Shown here: piece by piece, positions 8,451 to 16,214 of the stretch
Numbering within the stretch: position 1 is the stretch's first letter
How the letters are laid out: each line of letters begins with the position of its first letter
From: a virus
Taxonomy: Duplodnaviria; Caudoviricetes
Reading direction: 5' to 3' (one strand)
Virus record (IMG/VR): IMGVR_UViG_3300008255_000011
Coordinates: 1 to 62,814 of that record
DNA: 62,814 bases
The notes under the pieces: generated by a model
The model's input: only the letters and a program-made list of their open reading frames with translations
What the model was told of the DNA's origin: nothing
Databases searched by the model: none
Program-made: the position numbers and the translations under genes

Positions 8451-9145
8451 CAGGGCCTGTTGTGATCGAGCGCGCCACCGGGCACCGTCCTATGCGCGTG
8501 CTCGCGCGTCTGGCGTCGTCCGTCGTCACGGTGGACGGACTCCTGCATCTGGATGGCCTGCTCGCCTACGTGGCGTACCGGAGGTATCCGGATCGCGGCT
8601 CGCTTCTGCCGGTCGACCTCGAGCGCGAGCCGATGGACTTCGACCTCCCGCTCGCGCGGTGGCGGTACGGGGATGCCTGGGGCTGGTGCGCGTCGTCCAT
8701 CGAGGCGGACTGGGTGGCAGAGGAGACCCGGTGGCTCAGCAAGCCTACTCCATCCGGGGAGATGGCTCGGCTCACGGACTCGCCCTCTGTCAATGTTGGG
8801 GCTGGACCGCACAAGGCGTGGCGCCTGCCCTTCCCTGCCCGTCTCGCGAGCGAGGCGCGGTGGTACGCGGTCGGAGATCTCGCCGCGGTGCGCGACATGC
8901 TCCGGGACATCCACCACCTGGGCAAGCTCCGGCATCACGGCGCCGGAGAGATTCTCGGGTGGGACGTGGAGCCGTGGGACGCCGACTGGTCACTCGCGCG
9001 CGGTGGTCGTCCGATGCGATACCTGCCATGGGGATGGCCGGAGGTCGAGGGGGCGCGGGTGATGGCGGGACTCCGGCCTCCATACTGGCACCGAGCGCGG
9101 CAGGCGGACGCGCTTTCCCCTCAGCAGGCGGAGAGAGGGAGATGA
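8447..9145 (+). CDS. csf3: Type IV Csf3 (Cas5-like)
   Basis: LHLDGLLAY, LPLARW, WCASS, WYAVGD, HLGKLRHHGAGEI, MRYLP, RPPYWH motifs. Confidence 0.85.
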   Translation: MTGPVVIERATGHRPMRVLARLASSVVTVDGLLHLDGLLAYVAYRRYPDRGSLLPVDLEREPMDFDLPLARWRYGDAWGWCASSIEADWVAEETRWLSKPTPSGEMARLTDSPSVNVGAGPHKAWRLPFPARLASEARWYAVGDLAAVRDMLRDIHHLGKLRHHGAGEILGWDVEPWDADWSLARGGRPMRYLPWGWPEVEGARVMAGLRPPYWHRARQADALSPQQAERGR

Positions 9146-9414
9146 TCCGCGGGTCCGTGTTCATCGGGCCGCACGCGGTACGACGGTACGTTGAAAGGTG
9201 CCGGCCGGGACTCTCCTACGATGCGGCCCGCGAGGAGCTTCTCGCGGCAATCGCTGACGCCCATCCGATCAAGTCATCCGGGGACTGCGTCGTGCTCCGC
9301 ACCGGTCGTGCCTTCGGCCGGATCCGGCTCGTGGTGGGGCCGGGCAGAGGGCCATTTCCGGCGCTTTTGACCGTGCTCTCCGCCCGGACGAGCAAGGGGC
9401 GGCGCCGGTGCTGA
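9142..9414 (+). CDS. Small protein with HAxxRYxER motif (possible BECR/RelE-like RNase fold)
   Basis: ATGA-coupled to csf3; FIGPHAVRRYVER...RIRLVV...LLTVL. Confidence 0.55.
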   Translation: MIRGSVFIGPHAVRRYVERCRPGLSYDAAREELLAAIADAHPIKSSGDCVVLRTGRAFGRIRLVVGPGRGPFPALLTVLSARTSKGRRRC

Positions 9415-10136
9415 TCGAGAGCCCTCGCCACAGGCCGGACGACCTGGCGCTGTGGCGTCGATGGGAGGCGGTCGACGTTTGGCGCGGCCGGAGGATTGGG
9501 CTCAAGGCAGATGCCGCCAGGGCCGTCCTCCGCGACTTTGCCGCGGCTGGGCCGTGCTACGCAGGCACCTCGTGGGGTAAGGATTCCACTGTAGTCACGC
9601 ATCTGGCCTGGTCATCAGGGTCAGATATCCCCGCCGTCCGCGTCCGGATCGAGCAGGGAGAGAATCCCGACACGGATCTGGCGAGGGATGCATCGCTCGC
9701 GATGATGCCCGGGCTCCGGTACTCGGAGCGCATAGTCCGGGCTCGCCATGATGCGGAGGGATGGTACGTCCGCGGAGGGATCACCGGCGAGCTGCGCGCC
9801 ATCACCCATGAACTTGGCGGCCGGTACGTCTCCGGGATTCGCGCAGCGGAGTCGGCAGAGCGCGCGCTCCGCACGCTGCGATACGGAGAGAGCACGGCGA
9901 GGACGTGCGCCCCGATCGCCCGATGGTCCGCCGCAGACGTGTGGTCCTACCTCGCGGCATACGACCTGCCGGTCCATCCCGCCTACGCATGCACCGGAGG
10001 CGGCCGCTGGAACCGCGACCGGATCAGGGTCGGGCCGCTCGCGATCGTGCTCCACGTCCGGCCCGGAGAGGTCGAGGGGGAGGGGCACGGTCGGCTGATC
10101 TGGGAGCGAGAATACTACGGGGCCCCGATGGCGTAG
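9408..10136 (+). CDS. cysH: CysH-like / PAPS reductase family protein of type IV-B
   Basis: PP-loop SWGKDS, GIRAAES, PIARWSAADVWSYL...LPVHPAY. Confidence 0.85.
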   Translation: MLIESPRHRPDDLALWRRWEAVDVWRGRRIGLKADAARAVLRDFAAAGPCYAGTSWGKDSTVVTHLAWSSGSDIPAVRVRIEQGENPDTDLARDASLAMMPGLRYSERIVRARHDAEGWYVRGGITGELRAITHELGGRYVSGIRAAESAERALRTLRYGESTARTCAPIARWSAADVWSYLAAYDLPVHPAYACTGGGRWNRDRIRVGPLAIVLHVRPGEVEGEGHGRLIWEREYYGAPMA

Positions 10137-10204
10137 CCTCGCGAGCCGGGCGCACGAGTCGGGACCCTCGCGAAAAAAATCTTTCCATTCCCCCGGAATT
10201 CGCC

Positions 10205-10232
10205 TTGACATGTCATGCGACGATGATATGCT
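10205..10232 (+). promoter_or_regulatory. Sigma70-type early promoter TTGACA-N16-TATGCT (TGn extended)
   Basis: A-rich tract upstream; ATG at 10239 near the expected +1 (leaderless). Confidence 0.75.
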
Positions 10233-10238
10233 ATGGGT

Positions 10239-10562
10239 ATGGAAACGAACACGAGGAACGGAAGGCCAACCAAGCTCAGAACCGGCGCCTGGGGCGCCAC
10301 CGTCGACGGCGCCGTGAGGGCCGGCGACACCGTGACCATCCGCACGGCCGCCGGGAAGACGTGGCAGGCTCGCGTCGCCTCGGTCGTGTGGACCGGAAAC
10401 GGGGTGACGATCTGTGCGACCGAGAGCATCGATCGGCCGGCGACCTCCCGCCCCGCGACCAGCAGCCGCCGCACGGGCTGCTCCTGCGGGAGCCGGGAGG
10501 ACCAGTACGGCGATCTGATCCCGAGCGCGCGGAACTGCTCGGATTGCAACCACGATGCGTAG
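10239..10562 (+). CDS. Hypothetical early protein with C-terminal Cys cluster
   Basis: CSCG...CSDC; probable leaderless start. Confidence 0.65.
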   Translation: METNTRNGRPTKLRTGAWGATVDGAVRAGDTVTIRTAAGKTWQARVASVVWTGNGVTICATESIDRPATSRPATSSRRTGCSCGSREDQYGDLIPSARNCSDCNHDA

Positions 10563-10590
10563 ACGCCTGATGAACACGAGAGGAGACGAG

Positions 10591-10842
10591 ATGACGACCG
10601 AGATGACGACCGAGATGACCTGGACGCTCACGACCTACACGGACCGCTCCGGCCTACGGCGCGCGATCCAGATCCCGCACACGGACGGGACCTTCCAGGG
10701 GGTCCGCGCGGCAATCGAGGCCGCAATCGCGGCCGGGGCGCCGGAGTGGATCCGGCGCGCCGAAGGGGCGGTGGACGAAGATGGTGAGTACCTCCTGGGC
10801 GACGTGATCCCGGACATCCTCACCGAGGAGGTATCACGATGA
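10591..10842 (+). CDS. Hypothetical protein, paralog of the middle domain of the 3845-4408 regulator
   Basis: Shared WTLTTY...IPHTDGT..GVRAAIEAA.AAGAP.WI..AEGAVDEDGEYLLG; AGGAG RBS. Confidence 0.75.
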   Translation: MTTEMTTEMTWTLTTYTDRSGLRRAIQIPHTDGTFQGVRAAIEAAIAAGAPEWIRRAEGAVDEDGEYLLGDVIPDILTEEVSR

Positions 10843-11072
10843 GCAGGCTCGCCCTCACGCCGGCCGAGGGCCGGCTCACCAAGATCCTACAGGGGATCGG
10901 GTCCCGGCGCGCCGGGCTACCCGAGGCGAACTGGGGGATCTACTGCGTCTCCCATGAGCCGTCGGGGTACTACCCGTGCGCCGACGGGGGGCAGTACGGG
11001 CACTGCCTTGGCCAGACCGAGGCGGAGGCCCGAGCTACGATCATGTCGTGGCACGAGGAGGTGTCCCGATGA
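10839..11072 (+). CDS. Hypothetical protein
   Basis: ATGA overlap, GAGGAGG RBS. Confidence 0.65.
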   Translation: MSRLALTPAEGRLTKILQGIGSRRAGLPEANWGIYCVSHEPSGYYPCADGGQYGHCLGQTEAEARATIMSWHEEVSR

Positions 11073-11248
11073 CCGCCCGCGACGACTACCCAGTGACCCA
11101 CCTCTATCGCATCCGGCGCTGGGGGTCAGATCGCTTCGGCCAGCCTTGCCAGGTGCTCGGCCGCGGCAGGAACGGCAATGTCCTCGTACGGTTCTCGGAC
11201 GGGCATCTCACAGTGACCACACGCTGGGGCATCAGGAGGATTCGATGA
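11069..11248 (+). CDS. Hypothetical protein (small beta-rich)
   Basis: ATGA overlap, GAGGAGG RBS. Confidence 0.65.
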   Translation: MTARDDYPVTHLYRIRRWGSDRFGQPCQVLGRGRNGNVLVRFSDGHLTVTTRWGIRRIR

Positions 11249-11442
11249 CCCTCCCCGACCGCATCCGGGCGGCGCGCGCCGCGGCCGGGCTCTCTCAGCA
11301 GGAGCTCGCGGTCCTGCTCGGAACATCCATCGGCGCGGTCTGCCGGTGGGAGTCTGGTAGCCGGGAGCCGACAGGGCTCTACCGCGCCGCGATCCTCGAC
11401 TGGCTCGAGGATCAGGCGTGGATCGAGGAGCAGGAGGCATGA
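11245..11442 (+). CDS. XRE-family HTH protein
   Basis: RIRAARAAAGLSQQELAVLLGTSIGAVCRWESGSREP. Confidence 0.85.
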   Translation: MTLPDRIRAARAAAGLSQQELAVLLGTSIGAVCRWESGSREPTGLYRAAILDWLEDQAWIEEQEA

Positions 11443-11645
11443 CCGCACCGGTAAAACGGAAATTCCGAACCTGGTGCCGGCGCATCCGGTGCCGTCTCGG
11501 CTGACACCGATGGCAGTACCTGCTCGCGCCCCCGATCTGGAAGATCCGGGATCAGTACGAGCCGGGACTGTGGTGCCTGTACTGTGGGAAGAAAGATCCC
11601 GCATGGTCCAGGGAGGAACTCGAACGATGGCTTGGTTTGAAATGA
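11439..11645 (+). pseudogene. Small Zn-binding (DUF1660-like) gene interrupted by an in-frame TGA at 11502
   Basis: CRLG*HRW...WCLYCGK; ATGA-coupled at both ends. Confidence 0.55.
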
Positions 11646-12082
11646 GCGATGGAGTCCGCGTGAACATGGGGCGCATTCTAGATCGCCTATCTGTTGGTCC
11701 GGGCGGCTGTTGGCTGTGGGAAGGGGCAACCGATCGCGGGGGCCATGGAAAGATCATGGGACGAAAATCGGACGGGCGGATCACCACATCCTACATCCAC
11801 CGTGCCATGTACGAATGTCACTTCGGCCCGATACCTACCGGGCTATACGTAATTCACGAGTGCGACATGCCAAACTGCGCAAACCCATCACACCTGCGGT
11901 GCGGCACGCAGGAGGACAACATCCGCGGTGGGCTGAAACGCGGAAGGCCGATCGGAAGGCCGCGTGGTACGCATTGCAACCGTGGCCACAAATTCATAGA
12001 GCAGAGAGGTCGGAACGTATGTCTCCTGTGCATTCCCATTGCTCGCTCGATACGAAAAAAACCCGGGAGGATCTTCGAGTGA
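11642..12082 (+). CDS. HNH endonuclease
   Basis: CWLWEG, HRAMYE, IHECDMPNCANPSHLRCGTQEDN. Confidence 0.88.
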   Translation: MSDGVRVNMGRILDRLSVGPGGCWLWEGATDRGGHGKIMGRKSDGRITTSYIHRAMYECHFGPIPTGLYVIHECDMPNCANPSHLRCGTQEDNIRGGLKRGRPIGRPRGTHCNRGHKFIEQRGRNVCLLCIPIARSIRKKPGRIFE

Positions 12083-14268
12083 ACTACTCCGACTTCGTCG
12101 CAGGGAAGCGCATCACGTGCGCACCGGCTGGCATCGACCCAACCATGCCGATCAGCCCGGCGCTCTACGACTGGCAGGCCGACATCGTGAGGTGGGCGCT
12201 CCGGCGCGGCCGCGCGTGCATCTTCGCGGAGTGCGGGCTCGGGAAGACGCTCATGCAGCTCGAATGGGCGAGGCACGTCCCCGGCCGCGTCCTGATCCTG
12301 GCCCCGCTCGCGGTCTCCGGGCAAACCGTCGATGAGGGCGCGCGGTTCGGGCTCGAAGGCCGCTACCTCCGCGCCGACGACGGGGAGCCAGGCATCGTCG
12401 TCACGAACTACGAGATGATCGAGCACTTCGACCCGGCCAACTTCTCCGGCGTCGTCCTCGACGAGTCGAGCATCCTCAAGGCTCACGATGGGAAGACGCG
12501 GACCCGGATCATCGAGTCCTTCGCGGCGACCCCGTACCGGCTCGCGTGCACGGCGACCCCCGCCCCGAACGACCACATCGAGCTCGGGAACCACGCCGAA
12601 TTCGTTGGGGCCATGACCCGCGCCGAGATGCTCGCGATGTTCTTCGTGCACGACGGGGGCTTGGTCCAGAACTGGCGACTCAAGGGCCACGCCCGCGAAT
12701 CCTTCTGGACGTGGATGGCGTCGTGGGCCGTCATGATCAAGAGCCCGGCCGACCTGGGATACGACGGGTCGACGTTCGTCCTGCCGGAGCTGCGGACCCA
12801 CAACCACGTCCTCGACCTCGCCAAGCCGCTGCCCGGCCATCTCTTCGCCGACACCGCGAAGACATTGAACGACCAGCGGGCCGCGGCGCGGGCGAGCCTG
12901 TCGGAGCGGGTCGCGAAGGCGGCGGCGCTCGTCAACGACAGCGACGAGCCGTGGATCGTCTGGTGCAACCTGAACGCCGAGCAGGACGCACTAGAGACGG
13001 CATTCGGGGACCTTGCGCTCTCTGTTCGTGGGTCTGACTCACTGGACCATAAAGAGTCGTCGATCGCCGCATGGATGCATGGGGAGCGTCCTGTACTCAT
13101 ATCGAAAGTGTCGATCTTCGGGTTCGGCATGAACCTACAGCACTGCGCGAAGGTCGCCTTCGTCGGCCTGTCTCACTCGTGGGAAGCCTACTACCAGGCC
13201 ATCCGCCGATGCTGGCGGTTCGGACAGAAACGGCCCGTAGACGTGCACGTGATCGTCTCCGACGCCGAGCTTGAGATCCTCCGCAACATCGACAGGAAGG
13301 AAAGGGAAGCCGCGATCATGACCCAAGAGATGACTAGCCGGATCAGCGTCCACACGAACCTACGCAGCATGGAGCCGATCACCGAGACGGAGTACGAGAC
13401 GGACGTGGCGACCGGAGACGGGTGGACCATGCACCTCGGGGACTGCGTCGATGGCGTCGCGGGGCTGGACTCGGACTCGATCCACTACACCGTGTTCAGT
13501 CCGCCGTTCGCGAGTCTCTACACCTACACGAACAGCCTGAGGGACATGGGGAACTGCAAAACGGGCGATGAGTTTGCGGCCCACTTCCGCTACCTCGTGG
13601 GGGAGCTGTACCGCGTGACGATGCCGGGGCGGCTGCTGAGTTTCCACTGTATGAATCTGCCCACTTCGAAAACGCGCGACGGCGTGATCGGGCTCCGCGA
13701 CTTCCGCGGCGAGCTGATCGAGAGCTTCGTCGACGCCGGGTGGATCTATCACTCCGAGGTCGCGATCTGGAAGGACCCCGTAACCGCGATGCAGCGCACG
13801 AAGGCCCTCGGGCTCCTCCACAAGCAGTTGAAGAAGGATGCGTGCATGAGCCGGCAGGGTATCCCGGACTACCTGGTCACGATGCGGAAGCCGGGCGAGA
13901 ACCAGGAGCCCGTCACGAACACCAACGAAACCTTCCCCGTGAAGATGTGGCAAAACTTCGCGTCGCCGATCTGGATGGACATCAACCCGAGCGACACGCT
14001 CCAGTTCCGGAGCGCCAGGGAGAACAACGACGAGCGGCACATCTGCCCGGTCCAGCTCGAGGTCATCCGGCGCGCCGTCCGGCTGTGGAGCAACGAGGGC
14101 GATCTCGTCCTGTCTCCGTTCGCGGGGATCGGGTCGGAGGGTCACGTCGCCCTGGGGCTCGATAGGCGGTTCCTTGGGTTCGAGCTGAAACGATCCTACT
14201 GGTCCGCAGCGTGCGCGAACCTGCGCGCGGCGGAGATCGAAGCCAGGACGGGAACTCTCTTCTCATGA
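12079..14268 (+). CDS. SNF2-like helicase fused to an N4/N6 DNA methyltransferase
   Basis: CGLGKT, LDESS, TATP, QAIRRCWRFGQ, then FSPPF and VLSPFAGIGS. Confidence 0.85.
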   Translation: MNYSDFVAGKRITCAPAGIDPTMPISPALYDWQADIVRWALRRGRACIFAECGLGKTLMQLEWARHVPGRVLILAPLAVSGQTVDEGARFGLEGRYLRADDGEPGIVVTNYEMIEHFDPANFSGVVLDESSILKAHDGKTRTRIIESFAATPYRLACTATPAPNDHIELGNHAEFVGAMTRAEMLAMFFVHDGGLVQNWRLKGHARESFWTWMASWAVMIKSPADLGYDGSTFVLPELRTHNHVLDLAKPLPGHLFADTAKTLNDQRAAARASLSERVAKAAALVNDSDEPWIVWCNLNAEQDALETAFGDLALSVRGSDSLDHKESSIAAWMHGERPVLISKVSIFGFGMNLQHCAKVAFVGLSHSWEAYYQAIRRCWRFGQKRPVDVHVIVSDAELEILRNIDRKEREAAIMTQEMTSRISVHTNLRSMEPITETEYETDVATGDGWTMHLGDCVDGVAGLDSDSIHYTVFSPPFASLYTYTNSLRDMGNCKTGDEFAAHFRYLVGELYRVTMPGRLLSFHCMNLPTSKTRDGVIGLRDFRGELIESFVDAGWIYHSEVAIWKDPVTAMQRTKALGLLHKQLKKDACMSRQGIPDYLVTMRKPGENQEPVTNTNETFPVKMWQNFASPIWMDINPSDTLQFRSARENNDERHICPVQLEVIRRAVRLWSNEGDLVLSPFAGIGSEGHVALGLDRRFLGFELKRSYWSAACANLRAAEIEARTGTLFS

Positions 14269-14298
14269 CCGCGCCGGGCAGAATTCCGGATTCCGGGG

Positions 14299-14326
14299 TT
14301 GACAAGCCGAGCTGTACGCGTACACT
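14299..14326 (+). promoter_or_regulatory. Sigma70-type promoter TTGACA-N16-TACACT
   Basis: ATG at 14334, 7 nt after the -10, no SD (leaderless). Confidence 0.75.
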
Positions 14327-14333
14327 TACCCAT

Positions 14334-14522
14334 ATGGACACGTACAGCGAGCGGCTCAGGCGGTGGCGAGAGGACTCCAACCTCTCTCAGGAGCAGGCGG
14401 CGCGGGCGCTCCTGGTCAGCCTGAGCACGTACCAGTCGTGGGAACTCGGCCGGCGCGAGCCGGACGAAGGGAGCCAGCCGAAGGTGGACCGGCTGCTAGG
14501 TACCGGAAAGGGAGGTGAGTGA
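14334..14522 (+). CDS. Cro-like XRE HTH protein
   Basis: RLRRWREDSNLSQEQAARALLVSLSTYQSWELGRREP; first gene of the replication operon. Confidence 0.85.
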   Translation: MDTYSERLRRWREDSNLSQEQAARALLVSLSTYQSWELGRREPDEGSQPKVDRLLGTGKGGE

Positions 14523-14788
14523 TGGCAAGAGACGGGAAATTCGGGCTGCCGTGGCGCGACTACCCGGAGAGGGCGACGGCCGGGAACGACCTCGCCGCCG
14601 AGATCGACGCGGCCTACCGCGAGATCCGCCGGGACCGGGTGCTGTCGTACCTGGACGAGCGCGACGTGGAGCGAGGGGTCACCCGGGAGCAGGCGGCGAA
14701 GGCTCTGATCGTCGGGGTCTGCTTCCTGGTCGCGGCGGCCGTCGTCATTGGCTCCGTGATCCTGCAGGCCACCGGGGTGTGGTCGTAG
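14519..14788 (+). CDS. Hypothetical membrane protein
   Basis: C-terminal TM segment; GGAGGT RBS. Confidence 0.6.
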   Translation: MMARDGKFGLPWRDYPERATAGNDLAAEIDAAYREIRRDRVLSYLDERDVERGVTREQAAKALIVGVCFLVAAAVVIGSVILQATGVWS

Positions 14789-14886
14789 GCCAGAACGAGG
14801 AGGGCCCCGCGGGATCGTGACCCGCGAGGCCCGGAAGGAAAGACCGTGACAGCTCCGAGTCTATCTCGGGGAGGAAGGAAGGACAA

Positions 14887-15069
14887 GTGTCCATCACCAT
14901 GACCGAACCCCCGCGCACCGTCCGGATTTGCGGGTACTGCCTCGACGAGGGGCGCGAGGAGCCGCGCGTGCGGCCCTGCGACGACGTGGACTACGGGACC
15001 TGCGAGCGCCACCAGGCGCAGATCCGCAAGGCCCTCAGGATGCCGCAGACTGCGGCGCGGGAGGAGTGA
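14887..15069 (+). CDS. Small Zn-finger-like hypothetical protein
   Basis: CGYC...CERH. Confidence 0.5.
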   Translation: MSITMTEPPRTVRICGYCLDEGREEPRVRPCDDVDYGTCERHQAQIRKALRMPQTAAREE

Positions 15070-15070
15070 G

Positions 15071-16213
15071 ATGACGAGCAACCATCTGCCCGCGACGGGC
15101 ACCACGAGGCGTGAGGAGTTCGGCGGGCTTGAGCACCGGCGCTCCGCGGAGACGGCCGTCAGCGCAGCCGCGGCGCAGGCACAAGCGCAGGTCCAAGCCA
15201 TGTACATCATGGCTCTCCAGCGGCCCCGGGACTGGATGGCCGTGCGGGAGAAACTCCTGAACGAGTGCGAGCGCCGGGGCCTCGCCGAGGTAGCCCGATA
15301 CACGCTGCCGTGGATGATCGACCAGAAGACGCGGAAGCCGGTCACCGGGCCGTCGATCCGGCTGGCAGAGGCGGCGCTCCGGTCGATGACGAACATCCAC
15401 GTCAAGACCATGATCACCTACGACGACGAGCAGCGGCGGATCGGCGAAGTGCTGGTCATCGACCTCGAGACGAACACCCCCCTGGCGGCCGGCTTCTCCA
15501 TCGAGAAGAGCCGCGAGGTGAAGAAGCTGAAGGGCGGGGAGGTTGTTCTCGGAGAGCGGGTGAACTCGAACGGCGAGACGACCTACCGCATCATCGCCGA
15601 CGAGGCGCAGGTCAACCAGAAGCAGGAGTCCATCGTCTCCAGGCACCTCCGGAACCTGATCCTCAGGATCCTGCCCGGAGACCTCCTCGACGAGGCCCTT
15701 GCGCAGTGCGATGAGACCCTGGAGCGGGAGGACGAGCAAGACCCGGCCGGGACCGCCAAGAAGATCGCCGACGGCTTCCACTCTCTCGGGATCTCCGCGA
15801 CCCAGCTCCGGGACTACCTCGGGCACGCCGTTGACCAGGTCACCCCCGACGAGGCGCGGGACCTCCGGGGCGTCTACTCGGCCCTGAAGGACCAGCAGAC
15901 GACGTGGACCGAGGTCATGGAATCCCGCCATGCCGACCAGCCGGCGACCACCGACGAGAAGGCGTCGAAGGCACTCCTGCTCAAGCGGATCGCCACGGCG
16001 CGGATCCAGGACGGCAAGGCGTACGCCGCTGCCCGCGAGTACGCCGGCGTCGGGTCCGGTGTGCAGGACTCGGCGCTCCCCGTCGAGACGCTCACCCGCA
16101 TGGCCGAGTCGCTCGACGCGGCGGCCGGTACCGGTGCAGCGAAGCCGGCGATGGACCCCGAGATCAAGAGCTACATGGACCAGCTCGGCGCCGCCCCGGC
16201 AGAGGAGGTGTAG
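15071..16213 (+). CDS. Conserved phage protein, possible DNA annealing/recombination protein
   Basis: RPRD...ARY...GPSIRLAEA motif; next to the SMC ATPase and helicase; function inferred from context. Confidence 0.5.
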   Translation: MTSNHLPATGTTRREEFGGLEHRRSAETAVSAAAAQAQAQVQAMYIMALQRPRDWMAVREKLLNECERRGLAEVARYTLPWMIDQKTRKPVTGPSIRLAEAALRSMTNIHVKTMITYDDEQRRIGEVLVIDLETNTPLAAGFSIEKSREVKKLKGGEVVLGERVNSNGETTYRIIADEAQVNQKQESIVSRHLRNLILRILPGDLLDEALAQCDETLEREDEQDPAGTAKKIADGFHSLGISATQLRDYLGHAVDQVTPDEARDLRGVYSALKDQQTTWTEVMESRHADQPATTDEKASKALLLKRIATARIQDGKAYAAAREYAGVGSGVQDSALPVETLTRMAESLDAAAGTGAAKPAMDPEIKSYMDQLGAAPAEEV

Positions 16214-16214
16214 G

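Noticed and set aside
9408-10136. DndC phosphorothioation or sulfate-assimilation gene
   Set aside because: No other dnd or cys genes; context is the csf operon
4500-10240. CRISPR array or mini-array near the csf operon
   Set aside because: No regularly spaced 25-40 bp repeats seen by eye; CCTCGCGA twice at 10137-10173 is too short
10588-10619. 12-bp tandem repeat GAGATGACGACC as a guide array
   Set aside because: In-frame coding microrepeat (MTTE) without spacers
11502-11504. Genome-wide TGA recoding
   Set aside because: TGA terminates most genes, often in ATGA/GTGA overlaps
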